Source of the DNA: Bacteroidota bacterium
Lineage (GTDB): Bacteria; Bacteroidota; Bacteroidia; Palsa-965
Reading direction: 5' to 3'
Assembly: GCA_013289095.1 (NCBI GenBank)
Contig: JABDAO010000006.1
Coordinates: 1-60,034, forward strand
Length of the DNA: 60,034 nucleotides
This document shows, piece by piece, positions 38,575 through 47,928 of this stretch; the first letter of the stretch is position 1; each line of letters opens with the position of its first letter. Position numbers and translations under genes: made by a program. The notes below the pieces were generated by a model that did not search any database, was not told where the DNA came from, and saw only the letters and a program-made list of their open reading frames with translations.

Positions 38575-40086
38575 ATGAACATGAAAAACAAACACCGGTA
38601 CCTCATCCTGGCCCTGCTCCTGATACTGTCAGAAATAAATGCCCAGCATCGGCCCGGAATCTGTAAACTGGTGGCGTCAGACAGGGATACCGGAAGTTGT
38701 TTGGGATGGGCCTGTGCCGCTTTTGACAACCATGTAATCGGGGGGAGCCCCTTTAAAGCTGCCACAGACGGCAAACACAAACTCAAAAATGTGGGCTCGG
38801 TTTACGTCTTTTCAAAAAATGTCGATGGCGTCTGGGAACAAACCGATGAGGTGCATCCCGACGGCTTCCAGGCCGGGCTTTTGTTTGGAACAGCCCTAAG
38901 CCTGCATGCTGATCGTATGCTGATAGGCGCCAATGGCGACAAAGACGCCGCCGATTCATTGAAAGACCCGCGTAAAGGGGCGGCCTATATTTATGCATTG
39001 AACCCGGCAGGAAAGTCTGTTTTTCTTCAAAAAATAATGCCGGCAAACCGGAATTCGAATGATGATTTCGGCAGCGCGGTTGATATTTCTGACCGGTATG
39101 CGGTGGTTGGCGCACCGGGTCGAAAAAACGGAACAGCCTACCATTCGCCGCTGCCGGGCGCGGTGTATGTATACCGCTTAGACTCCACGCATACCTATAC
39201 CGAGCAGCAAACGCTGTACCCTCCCGATTCGAACACATTCAGGTTTGGACAGGCCGTGAGCCTGCGCGACAACCGCATTGCCGTATCGGCTGCAGAACCG
39301 GCCGAGGTGTATATCTATACGTTTCAGCAGGAACCTGAAAAATGGACGCTGACGGCTGTCATCAAACCCGATCCTGCCAAAGAAGAAAATTTTGGAGAAT
39401 CGCTTTGCCTCACCGGACAGCAATTGGTGGTAGGCGCCGGTGGAGACGGCTGGCAGTTCGAAGGCGTGGATATGCCCCTCACCGATTCGGTGATGGAGCA
39501 GCTCAGACCCGACGACCGCGGAAATTTCAAACGCATTTTTGTACTCAACACCAGGCATTGCAAAGACTCGTTGGGAATCAGTGAAACAGAATTCAAAGCA
39601 AAAGCCAACAAAGTAGAACCGCCCGAAAGCCGGCAAAAAAGAATGGCCGGAGCCGGATCGGTAAGCATCTATGAACTGGATACAGATGAACACTGGAACC
39701 TGCAGGCCCGAATCATACCTGCCGACTTACGCACCGACGAGCATTTTGGCAGGTGTGTTTCGGCAAACGACAGTATGCTCCTGGTGGGCGCTTTTGGCGA
39801 TAAGCTCCGCGAACCAAACCGGAAAAACAATTTTTACGCTGGCGCCGCCTATCTCTTCCGCAAGAACAAGGACGGGGTGTGGAAGGAAACCGAAAAAATA
39901 ACCGATCATCCACGCACGCCCTGGGTCAAGTATGCCTTTTCGGTAGCCCTGAGCAGCGACAACGTGGTGATTGGCTCACGTTTCGAACCCAAAGACAATA
40001 CCGGTAAAAACAGCATGCCGGGCGCAGGAGCCATTTATATTTACCAACAACCAGCAACACCCGAAAGCTATAGCCCCATGCGTTAA
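38575..40086 (+). CDS. Exported FG-GAP repeat (beta-propeller) protein
   Basis: Signal peptide and repeated FGxAVxxxxxxxVVGAP...GAVYVY motifs. Confidence 0.85.
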   Translation: MNMKNKHRYLILALLLILSEINAQHRPGICKLVASDRDTGSCLGWACAAFDNHVIGGSPFKAATDGKHKLKNVGSVYVFSKNVDGVWEQTDEVHPDGFQAGLLFGTALSLHADRMLIGANGDKDAADSLKDPRKGAAYIYALNPAGKSVFLQKIMPANRNSNDDFGSAVDISDRYAVVGAPGRKNGTAYHSPLPGAVYVYRLDSTHTYTEQQTLYPPDSNTFRFGQAVSLRDNRIAVSAAEPAEVYIYTFQQEPEKWTLTAVIKPDPAKEENFGESLCLTGQQLVVGAGGDGWQFEGVDMPLTDSVMEQLRPDDRGNFKRIFVLNTRHCKDSLGISETEFKAKANKVEPPESRQKRMAGAGSVSIYELDTDEHWNLQARIIPADLRTDEHFGRCVSANDSMLLVGAFGDKLREPNRKNNFYAGAAYLFRKNKDGVWKETEKITDHPRTPWVKYAFSVALSSDNVVIGSRFEPKDNTGKNSMPGAGAIYIYQQPATPESYSPMR

Positions 40087-40572
40087 AGCGCCACACGCAA
40101 GCAGTGCCTCCGTGTCTCTGTAGTAAATACAAACCACAGGCCCCCATCGTTCACACCTAATTAAGCGCGGTGGATGTATCGGGAAGCCCTCGTAACCCGA
40201 CTACAGCTACATGCATCTTTTTCAGGCCAGCCTTCAGGAAAGTAATGCTTTCGGCAGAACTTCCCAGACAGAAAAGAAGGGCACCAGCAAATAATGCTTT
40301 TTACGGACGAAGGTTACAAATACATTTCCAAACTCGTCGTACAATTCTCTGGCCTGTTCATTCTTGCGATAAGCAACTTCGACAGTGTATTCGTTCCCTT
40401 TGTTCCAGCTCTGGCGGCCATGTTTATCAAAACAAACAAACTATAATAAAGTATATTGTATATGAAACAGGAAACGGCTCATTCCGCGTCTGGAAATTAA
40501 ACCGGTTTCATTCCAAAAAGAAAAGAATCTTCCTTTTTCCCTTTCTGTTTCTCTTTCTGTTTCTTTTTTCAC

Positions 40573-40656
40573 CTTCATTTTCAACCTGTCTACCGTCAAT
40601 TTCACGTAGTTCAACAAAAAATTAAAAATTGCCCCGTTTCCCTGCTTAGACTTGTA
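40573..40656 (+). promoter_or_regulatory. Regulated promoter, copy 2 (upstream of the DUF4199-like gene)
   Basis: Ungapped match to 35683-35766; TAGACTTG lies about 17 nt before ATG 40672. Confidence 0.6.
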
Positions 40657-40671
40657 GAAAATTATGACGAC

Positions 40672-41148
40672 ATGGATATCATCAGCAGTACCGAGAGCAG
40701 TAAAATACGGGGAACCTCGGCCCTGACCCTGCAAAGCATACGCACGGGTTTATGGGTGTGTATGAGCTTGATCATTTATTTTTTAATAATGGAAAGCCTG
40801 GGGTTTTTGGAGCATTTGATACTCCGGGCCTTTAACCTGGTACTCCTTGTTACCGGAATTTACTGGGCCTTGTATAGATACAGCCGCAGCAGAGGAGGCA
40901 AGATCGATTATTTTGACGGCATCCGTCTGGGGATACAAACAACACTCATAGCCACTGCACCCTTTGCCGTGTTTATCGGTATTTTTCTGGGCATGGATGC
41001 ACCCCTCATGAATTACATTATCCAGACTGTCGATATCGGTAATTATGTCTTCTCCCCGCTCACGGCTTCGGCAGCAGTAGCTGCTGAAGGCATCAGTTCG
41101 GGGTTTATCGTCACCTTCATCTTAATGCCTTGGTTTAAAAAACAATAA
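40672..41148 (+). CDS. DUF4199-like four-TM membrane protein
   Basis: Four hydrophobic helices with LRAFN and IDYFDGIRLG motifs. Confidence 0.8.
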   Translation: MDIISSTESSKIRGTSALTLQSIRTGLWVCMSLIIYFLIMESLGFLEHLILRAFNLVLLVTGIYWALYRYSRSRGGKIDYFDGIRLGIQTTLIATAPFAVFIGIFLGMDAPLMNYIIQTVDIGNYVFSPLTASAAVAAEGISSGFIVTFILMPWFKKQ

Positions 41149-41203
41149 CTCTTTTCCTCCAGTACACCTCGTTTCTTTTCCTTCCTTTTTGTGTTGTGTT
41201 ACA

Positions 41204-41245
41204 CAAGCCCCCGAAGTCTGCTCACTTCCGGGGGCTTGCCTCTTT
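41204..41245 (+). terminator. Rho-independent terminator
   Basis: CAAGCCCCCGAAGT...ACTTCCGGGGGCTTG followed by CCTCTTT. Confidence 0.6.
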
Positions 41246-41355
41246 ATCCCAGATTTCATTCTGAATCGGCCTTCCCGCTCAAAAGGCTAATAGCATATAC
41301 ACCCAGCGGGATACCCCGTCTCCCGACGTGCTATCGGCAGACGGGGTATCCCGCT
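41243..41355 (+). repeat. Structured dispersed element, copy 6 (3'-truncated, ends in a fold-back)
   Basis: TTTATCCC...GCCTTCCCGCTCAAAAGGC...CAGCGGGATACCCCGTCT, then the perfect inverse AGACGGGGTATCCCGCT. Confidence 0.8.
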
Positions 41356-41543
41356 CTTCCCAAGTGCTGGTAGTGTTTCTGTGCGATGACATACTTCAAC
41401 TGTAAAAAGCCCGGCAAAGCCGGGGAGAAAGCTGTTTTTCCGGATCCATTCTGCTTAGAATTGGCCCTATGCCCTGAAATGGAGCAAAATAAGCCAAATG
41501 AATGGCTTTCAATTTTTTTGTACATTTACGCCCAATTCCCTAT

Positions 41544-41614
41544 GGTCCTGTGGCCGAGTGGCTAGGCTGAGCTCTGCAAAAGCTCCTACTGCGGTTCGAA
41601 TCCGCACGGGACCT
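41544..41614 (+). tRNA. tRNA-Cys (GCA)
   Basis: Acceptor stem GGTCCTG/CGGGACC, anticodon arm GAGCT-CTGCAAA-AGCTC, T arm TGCGG-TTCGAAT-CCGCA, discriminator U. Confidence 0.97.
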
Positions 41615-41619
41615 CACCC

Positions 41620-41653
41620 AAACCCCCATATTCAGCGAAATATGGGGGTTTTT
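41620..41653 (+). terminator. Terminator after tRNA-Cys
   Basis: AAACCCCCATATT...AATATGGGGGTTTTT. Confidence 0.8.
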
Positions 41654-41722
41654 CGTTTCTGACCCCTAAAATCGTGCTCGTTTCTGCTCGTTTGCGCTCT
41701 GTGCCGCACAGAACCGCTCGTG

Positions 41723-41755
41723 AAATGTTCGGGTAAAACCAAATGTTCGAGTAAA
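41723..41755. repeat. Paired 15-bp direct repeat, candidate integrase arm-type sites
   Basis: AAATGTTCGGGTAAA and AAATGTTCGAGTAAA (14/15 identical), about 110 bp inside the left att site. Confidence 0.5.
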
Positions 41756-41853
41756 CGCTTCTTTTCCCTGGCTAATGTTGACCGGGCTGAGATTGCCGAT
41801 TATCCGGAAAAGGGGTAATTTGGCTCATCTAATCCTAGGATAAGCATAAGTTT

Positions 41854-44616
41854 ATGGAAACACATCAACTACCCACTGAGGTAATCTCCTTAATACACCA
41901 TGTAAAATTAAACGAGACAGGGTGGTGGGAAAAGGCTTTTCAGGGAATGATAACATCCCTTATAGGCAGTAACAGCAATAAGCCAACGACACGAGAAAAT
42001 CTCTATGATATATTTAAGACTCAGTTAACCGATCATTTTGAAAAATCGAAATTCGATCAACAATTTGATATGTTGCTTGGTAGGAAAACCATTGTTGAAA
42101 TCTCGAAGGGCGAATTTGTACTTTCGACTACAGCATTTGAAAATTTCAATAAATCATTTCTTCAGCAGCGGCAAATAGAGGATGAGGCGCTTAAGAGATT
42201 TACTCATTTTGCTGTGATCAATTGTCCAGAATTGGATGCTACCAAATTATGGGAAGACTTCAACAAAAAGTTGATGATGCCCTTAATTAAGGAGTTGGGT
42301 GCACGGATGTATGAACTTATATCCGGAAATAAGTCATTTCAACTTCAGCAACATAGGGTTTTTATCGACTTCATGGATGGCATTTCATCGGAGCGTGACA
42401 AAATAGGATCTCTTATATCAGCATATTTGGATTTCAAAAATACTGAGGTGAAGAGTTACATTCTTAGGCAATTAAATTATTATTTCTTTATAGAAGCTTC
42501 TAGCTTAACCCCTCAAGCCCTCGAGAAAATATATGCCCTTTCAAAGTCGCAAACAAATTTAAAAGTATTTGCTGATACGAATTTCCTGCTTAGTGTATTG
42601 GATTTGCATGACAATCCATCAAATGATGCTACAAGCGCATTGCTCGACTTGCTTGTAGAAATAAAGAATAAGGTAAACGTAAAGATTTATGTGTCGCCCT
42701 TTACCATTGATGAGTTCAAGAATTTGTTGGGCAAAATAAAAGACAGCATAAAAAACACAAGACCAACGCTAAACTTTGCGAAGGCAGTGGATAATCATGA
42801 ATCGGTATCTGGAATTCTTCGAAAATATTATCAAAAATGTGTGGAGAGAGGCACGATCTTAAGTCCAGAGGAATATTTCGAGCCCTATTTGAATAACGTT
42901 ACAGTATTCTTACGAAGTAAAGGAATAGAGATTTATAATGGGAACGTCGATAAGTATTCAACTGATAGTAGAGTAATAGATGATTTAAATACTCAAGTGG
43001 AATATCGATATGCTAAATATGAAAGAAATAATCCAGGTAAGACAAAGGATGAATTGGAGAATGTTAAGTTGAAGATTTATGACAAATTTAACCATGATTG
43101 CAAATTGTGGTATCTAGTTAAGGATAAGAGACCTGGATATACAGATTCTCCGAAGGATATTGTTGATTGGATAATAACGTTAGATTTTAATTTGTTGGAA
43201 TTTGACCATTTCAAACAGGAAACTACTTCCACATCCCCAGTTGGCTTATGCCTTCATCCGAATGAATTTATTTCAATGCTACAGTTTTGGGCACCAAGGA
43301 GTGAGAAATTTGAGAATGCGATCTTCGAGAACTTTAGATTGCCATTCTTGTTTCATGAGATTGACTTGGAGGCAGAAAAGGTAAGTGTTGAGATCCTGAA
43401 ATCACTATCGCAGTATGGAGACAGTAAAGAATACAGCGTAGATTTGGTTTCGGAGATTTTAACAAATAAAGCAATAAGACATAAAATAAAACCATCGAAT
43501 ACTACCCAGGCTAATGCTGAGCTAATAAAAGAGGAAGTCTATAAACTATACGAGAGCTCAAAAAGCAAGTTGGCTGAAAAGGATGTCATAAACTTGGAAC
43601 TCAAAGGCGAGTTGACGAATCTAAAGAGGGGGTTCGATTCTCTTGCAGTAAAAATAGACGATTTAAGCTCTGGACAAAGGAAGCTTATTGAAGAACACAT
43701 GCGATCCGTAATTCAATTTCGAATCAAAGAAAGCGAAAGCGGGAAAAGAGAAAAAGAGTCGGTGATCGCTGAGCTGGATGCAAGAATGGAAGACTTTGAA
43801 AAATTGCGCCAAAGAGCATCGACGTTATTTGAGGGAGAGAAGCGAAAACTTGCATTTAGACTGAACGCATTTTTATCCGGTAATAAGCAACTGTATTACA
43901 AAAAAGCTTACGAGAATATGGAAGCAGGTCTATTGGATGTGAACAAAATGTCAGAGCTCTCCAAGAGAAGGGAGGAAATAGCTAAGGAGCTTAACGAGAT
44001 TAGGATTCCAGTGGCTGTAGGTAATGTTGTTGTGTTTTGCGAAAATCAAAATGCGGAACAGTTTAATAAGCTTGGATTTGAAGGCATAAGCTTTTTTCCG
44101 GAAAATAATAGTGCTGGAGTTTTTATTAAGGTAGTTTCAAACCCTACTGCCTTTGGAATAAGAGATCGTGATTATTTGACCACGAATGAAGTAGCGAAGT
44201 TGCAAGCTAAACATAAAAACTATATCATATTAGATTACTACTGTTTCGAAAACTACTTATATCATCCAGATAATATAAAGGAACTGGAACTCCCCGGGTT
44301 ATCTGTCACTGAATATATCGCGGAAATATTTAAGCAGCGCGATGAGCAAAGAGATAGAATTCTGACAATAATAAAAACATCCCGGCGAGGATATCAAGAG
44401 TTTAAAATAACCGAGGATAAATTTGAAGACAAAGATGACACGGAGATAATTAATAATCTAAGCTCAAATGACATTGAAGTTCTCTTAAAATCATTTGACA
44501 TGAAGAGATTCTTTAAGAGAGAAATACTTGTGAAACACCACTTACCATTTGAACTCTTAACATCAACTAATTGGTTTAAGAAACAAATAACCTTGTTGTT
44601 GGAAGTGAAAGCGTAA
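41854..44616 (+). CDS. wHTH-PIN-coiled-coil-TOPRIM(OLD/DUF4435-like) fusion protein
   Basis: PIN motifs VFADTNFL, YVSPFTIDEF, NHDCKLW and IITLD; a heptad-rich region at about aa 550-720; TOPRIM-like motifs VVFCE, GIRDRD and YCFENYLYHP. Confidence 0.7.
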   Translation: METHQLPTEVISLIHHVKLNETGWWEKAFQGMITSLIGSNSNKPTTRENLYDIFKTQLTDHFEKSKFDQQFDMLLGRKTIVEISKGEFVLSTTAFENFNKSFLQQRQIEDEALKRFTHFAVINCPELDATKLWEDFNKKLMMPLIKELGARMYELISGNKSFQLQQHRVFIDFMDGISSERDKIGSLISAYLDFKNTEVKSYILRQLNYYFFIEASSLTPQALEKIYALSKSQTNLKVFADTNFLLSVLDLHDNPSNDATSALLDLLVEIKNKVNVKIYVSPFTIDEFKNLLGKIKDSIKNTRPTLNFAKAVDNHESVSGILRKYYQKCVERGTILSPEEYFEPYLNNVTVFLRSKGIEIYNGNVDKYSTDSRVIDDLNTQVEYRYAKYERNNPGKTKDELENVKLKIYDKFNHDCKLWYLVKDKRPGYTDSPKDIVDWIITLDFNLLEFDHFKQETTSTSPVGLCLHPNEFISMLQFWAPRSEKFENAIFENFRLPFLFHEIDLEAEKVSVEILKSLSQYGDSKEYSVDLVSEILTNKAIRHKIKPSNTTQANAELIKEEVYKLYESSKSKLAEKDVINLELKGELTNLKRGFDSLAVKIDDLSSGQRKLIEEHMRSVIQFRIKESESGKREKESVIAELDARMEDFEKLRQRASTLFEGEKRKLAFRLNAFLSGNKQLYYKKAYENMEAGLLDVNKMSELSKRREEIAKELNEIRIPVAVGNVVVFCENQNAEQFNKLGFEGISFFPENNSAGVFIKVVSNPTAFGIRDRDYLTTNEVAKLQAKHKNYIILDYYCFENYLYHPDNIKELELPGLSVTEYIAEIFKQRDEQRDRILTIIKTSRRGYQEFKITEDKFEDKDDTEIINNLSSNDIEVLLKSFDMKRFFKREILVKHHLPFELLTSTNWFKKQITLLLEVKA

Positions 44617-44669
44617 TAAGGTGTTCGACGCGGTTACTATATGTTGGATTAAACAATAATCATCTGCCC

Positions 44670-46379
44670 ATGAAAATAATTTGTATTGACAAGGACATAA
44701 AACAAGTACTTGAAACTGGATATTATAATATCCCAAGGTTTCAGAGGCCATATTCATGGGAAAAAGAACATATAAACGAGTTCTGGAATGATACTGTAAT
44801 GGGGAGTGAGATAGATTATTTTATAGGGTCGTTTGTAGTGTACAAAACAAATCAAGGGTTGTACGGTATTGTCGATGGCCAGCAACGTCTGACGACCCTC
44901 ACGATGATTCTATGTTCTATCCGAGATTGTTACATCGGGGAAGGCCTTGAGGATTTGGCCAGAGGGGTTCATAACCTTGTTGAGCGTGTTGATTTGAGCA
45001 ATAAAAAACAATTCATACTGCAAACGGAAACATCATACCCATATCTCCAGGAATATATTCAGAAATTTGATGACCCGGATATCGATGTCCAGCTTGGAAG
45101 CGAAGAAGAAAATTTGAAGGCGGGATTTGAGTTAATAAATTATTACTTGCACGCAATCGTCAAACAGATTAAAAGTAATAGGCAAATTGCGAAAGAGAAT
45201 CTCAGTGCTGAAATCCAGAAGAAATTGACAGAAGTAAGGGATAAGATTTTAAAACTCAAGGTTATTTATATTGAGCTTGACGATGAAGACGACGCCTATA
45301 CGATTTTTGAAACACTTAACACTCGTGGAAAGGATTTGAGTGTTACTGATTTGGCCAAAAATTACTTGACTAAGCTTGTCAAAAGTACAAATGATAAGGC
45401 CGACATGACGAAGGAAAAGTGGAACAAAATTCGAGGAGTTATAGAAAGCTCATCGGCTGAGTTAGATACTGATACATTTCTACTTCATGTTTGGCTTTCT
45501 AAGTATGGGTACACGTCAATGAACGCCTTGTTTAAGAAACTGAAGGCAGAAGTGCGCGGATCTGAAAATGCGAAAATGTTCCTTGATGAGCTTGTTGTTG
45601 ACTCGTCAACATACAAGGATATCTTCGATCCAGAGTCGAAAAGTTGGAATAAAAACGAGTTTGAGCTTAAAAGATCGTTATCTGCATTAAATAGCTTTCG
45701 TGTTACGCAACAAACGCCAATGGTTTTGGCTATAATGCGTGAATATTATTTGGATCATTTAAAGTATAAGCACGCTATGGAGGGCATAATGGCCGTAGAA
45801 CATTTCCATTATATCTTCACCGCTATAACTTCACAGCGATCATCTGGTGGTATTTCTTCCATGTACTCTACTCATTCCCGTAAGCTGTCATTAGGAGCTG
45901 ATGTGGATGAAAGAATTAAGGCAATTCGAGAGCTAAAAGAAAAAATGAGGGAAAAGTTGCCAACCCTAGAGGAATTTATTGTGAATTTCAAAACTTTAAG
46001 GTTCACGAATGACTATACAAAGAACAAAAAAATCATCCACTATACTCTCTCAAAAATGGATGAAGCAGCTAATAATAAGGGCGCAGCTATCCATTATGAT
46101 CGGATGACCATTGAGCATATACTGCCGCAAAATCCAGCAAAGAAGAGCAAGGAACACGATGATGTGGTTGGAATGATTGGAAATTTAATTTTAGTTGACG
46201 AGGATTTAAATGGTAAACTCGATAATAAGGAGTTCCTTGATAAGAAAGCTATTTTGGCTCAAACTCTTGTTTTTGTTGATGGCCTAATACAAAACGCTGA
46301 TAAGTGGGGTCCTGAAGAGATAGTAAAAAGAACAGAGACGATGGCTAGAGTAGTTTATACAGAAATTTTTAAGATATAA
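44670..46379 (+). CDS. GmrSD-type fused DUF262 + DUF1524 (HNH) endonuclease
   Basis: IPRFQRPYSW, IVDGQQRLTT and IFETLNTRG (DUF262); TIEHILPQ...IGNLILV...N...N (DUF1524). Confidence 0.93.
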   Translation: MKIICIDKDIKQVLETGYYNIPRFQRPYSWEKEHINEFWNDTVMGSEIDYFIGSFVVYKTNQGLYGIVDGQQRLTTLTMILCSIRDCYIGEGLEDLARGVHNLVERVDLSNKKQFILQTETSYPYLQEYIQKFDDPDIDVQLGSEEENLKAGFELINYYLHAIVKQIKSNRQIAKENLSAEIQKKLTEVRDKILKLKVIYIELDDEDDAYTIFETLNTRGKDLSVTDLAKNYLTKLVKSTNDKADMTKEKWNKIRGVIESSSAELDTDTFLLHVWLSKYGYTSMNALFKKLKAEVRGSENAKMFLDELVVDSSTYKDIFDPESKSWNKNEFELKRSLSALNSFRVTQQTPMVLAIMREYYLDHLKYKHAMEGIMAVEHFHYIFTAITSQRSSGGISSMYSTHSRKLSLGADVDERIKAIRELKEKMREKLPTLEEFIVNFKTLRFTNDYTKNKKIIHYTLSKMDEAANNKGAAIHYDRMTIEHILPQNPAKKSKEHDDVVGMIGNLILVDEDLNGKLDNKEFLDKKAILAQTLVFVDGLIQNADKWGPEEIVKRTETMARVVYTEIFKI

Positions 46380-46719
46380 TGAGGAGGTTGTGAATTCCGA
46401 ATTAAAGAGGTTAGTGGTTTCCTCTGCGCACTGATAGGAATATCAGAGCCGGGGAAAGATTACATGCTACCGAACCGACCTCCAAAAAGCAATCCGGGCT
46501 CACCGGGGAAGCAAACTACGCTCTTCTAAGCCAATCCAGCCGTGGGCTAAAAGCTCCTACGGTGGCCCGTTTCAAGCCCATCCGATACCTAAAATATACG
46601 CCTTGGATTCCAGGTGCTTAGGAAATCTCCTCAGATTCTCCCGCAGCCGGGTGGAAATCATCTGCTACACTCGAGATAAGAAATAATGTAAATAAACAAA
46701 AATCTCAAAAAACAAGACC

Positions 46720-46981
46720 ATGAAAAGGGAAGACGTGATCAAAGCGGCGCTGAAGCAATTACAATGACACCATCTATGGATTGCTGGCCTATGTCAGCTC
46801 GGGCAGCCAGGAAAGAGCGAGGAAAGTGGCTTCACAGATAAATGCGGGCAGGGTGCTCATCAACACCTTAAATCATGACCCCTTAGCGCCTTTCGGAGGG
46901 TTTAAGCAATCTGGTATGGGAAGAGAGGGAGGTATTTTAGGATTGGAAGAATACCTGGAACCCAAAGCTATCATCGAATAA
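46720..46981 (+). pseudogene. Aldehyde dehydrogenase C-terminal fragment
   Basis: NDTIYGLLAYV...AGRVLIN...PFGGFKQSGMGREGG..GLEEY; only the last ~70 aa remain. Confidence 0.85.
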
Positions 46982-47037
46982 TGGAAAGTAAATTTTAATT
47001 CTTCATTTATTAAATCAACAATTAAAACAGCAAGGAT

Positions 47038-47532
47038 ATGACTTCTGAAACAATCACACTTATCGCCAATATCGCACTCACAGTGTCGGCCATCATTGCT
47101 TTGGTGTTTGGAATCGCACAGGTCAGGACATCGACACGCGACCGACAGGAAAGGCTTACCCTGGAGGCAATGCGTAATTTCAATACACGTGAATTTTCTG
47201 AACTCATGAATTACGTTACAGCACATGATATACCTCCTACGCACGAGGACTGGCAAAAGCTTCCCCCGCACGAAGGGGTTATTATCACACAGTTTGCACA
47301 GGAAATGGAATCGCTCGGCATTCTTGTCGCAGAGCGGCTTATTAATATCGAGCTCGTGGATAAAACGATCGGTTCACTGGTTTCAATTGCCTGGAACAAG
47401 TATAAAGTCATGATAGAGGATTCACGCAGGAAACGGCCCGACCCTTTCCTTTGTGAATATTTTCAATGGCTGGCTGAAAGCATAGATGAAAGGATGCGCA
47501 TTGCTCCACGCAAACCATTCTATTTAAAATAA
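47038..47532 (+). CDS. DUF4760-like protein with N-terminal TM helix
   Basis: TM helix, then MESLGILVAERLI...W...EYFQWLA. Confidence 0.7.
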   Translation: MTSETITLIANIALTVSAIIALVFGIAQVRTSTRDRQERLTLEAMRNFNTREFSELMNYVTAHDIPPTHEDWQKLPPHEGVIITQFAQEMESLGILVAERLINIELVDKTIGSLVSIAWNKYKVMIEDSRRKRPDPFLCEYFQWLAESIDERMRIAPRKPFYLK

Positions 47533-47715
47533 CAAAGTATCGGAGGATTTGGAATAAGAGATTAATTTTGGAAATAATATAAACAATGATGCAAAAACTA
47601 CCGATACAATATTCGTGTTACTTCTCAAGAAGCAGCAAAGGCGAGCAATTCGTGCCGGAGCATACGTTAGTTTATATTATTTCCGGTTCGTTGGAGATCG
47701 CGGATATCAGTCATA

Positions 47716-47928
47716 CTAGTATGCCTTTGTAGAATCAGGATTACCAGGATCAACAGTAGGGGTGCTGACCAGCTTATCCACTTTGCTGCTTAATATCTGT
47801 TCTGTTCCTGCATCGTTTAATTTTGCCGATCCCACCGTCCCATCTGCAGATACCAAAGTAATAATCCCAATCACTGAGCAAGCAATTATTACGACGAAGA
47901 GTGTGATTCGATTTGCTGTTTGTTTCAT
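47716..47928 (-). CDS. Short hypothetical membrane/exported peptide, possibly a fragment
   Basis: 70 aa with a signal-like hydrophobic N-terminus. Confidence 0.35.
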   Translation of the reverse strand: MKQTANRITLFVVIIACSVIGIITLVSADGTVGSAKLNDAGTEQILSSKVDKLVSTPTVDPGNPDSTKAY

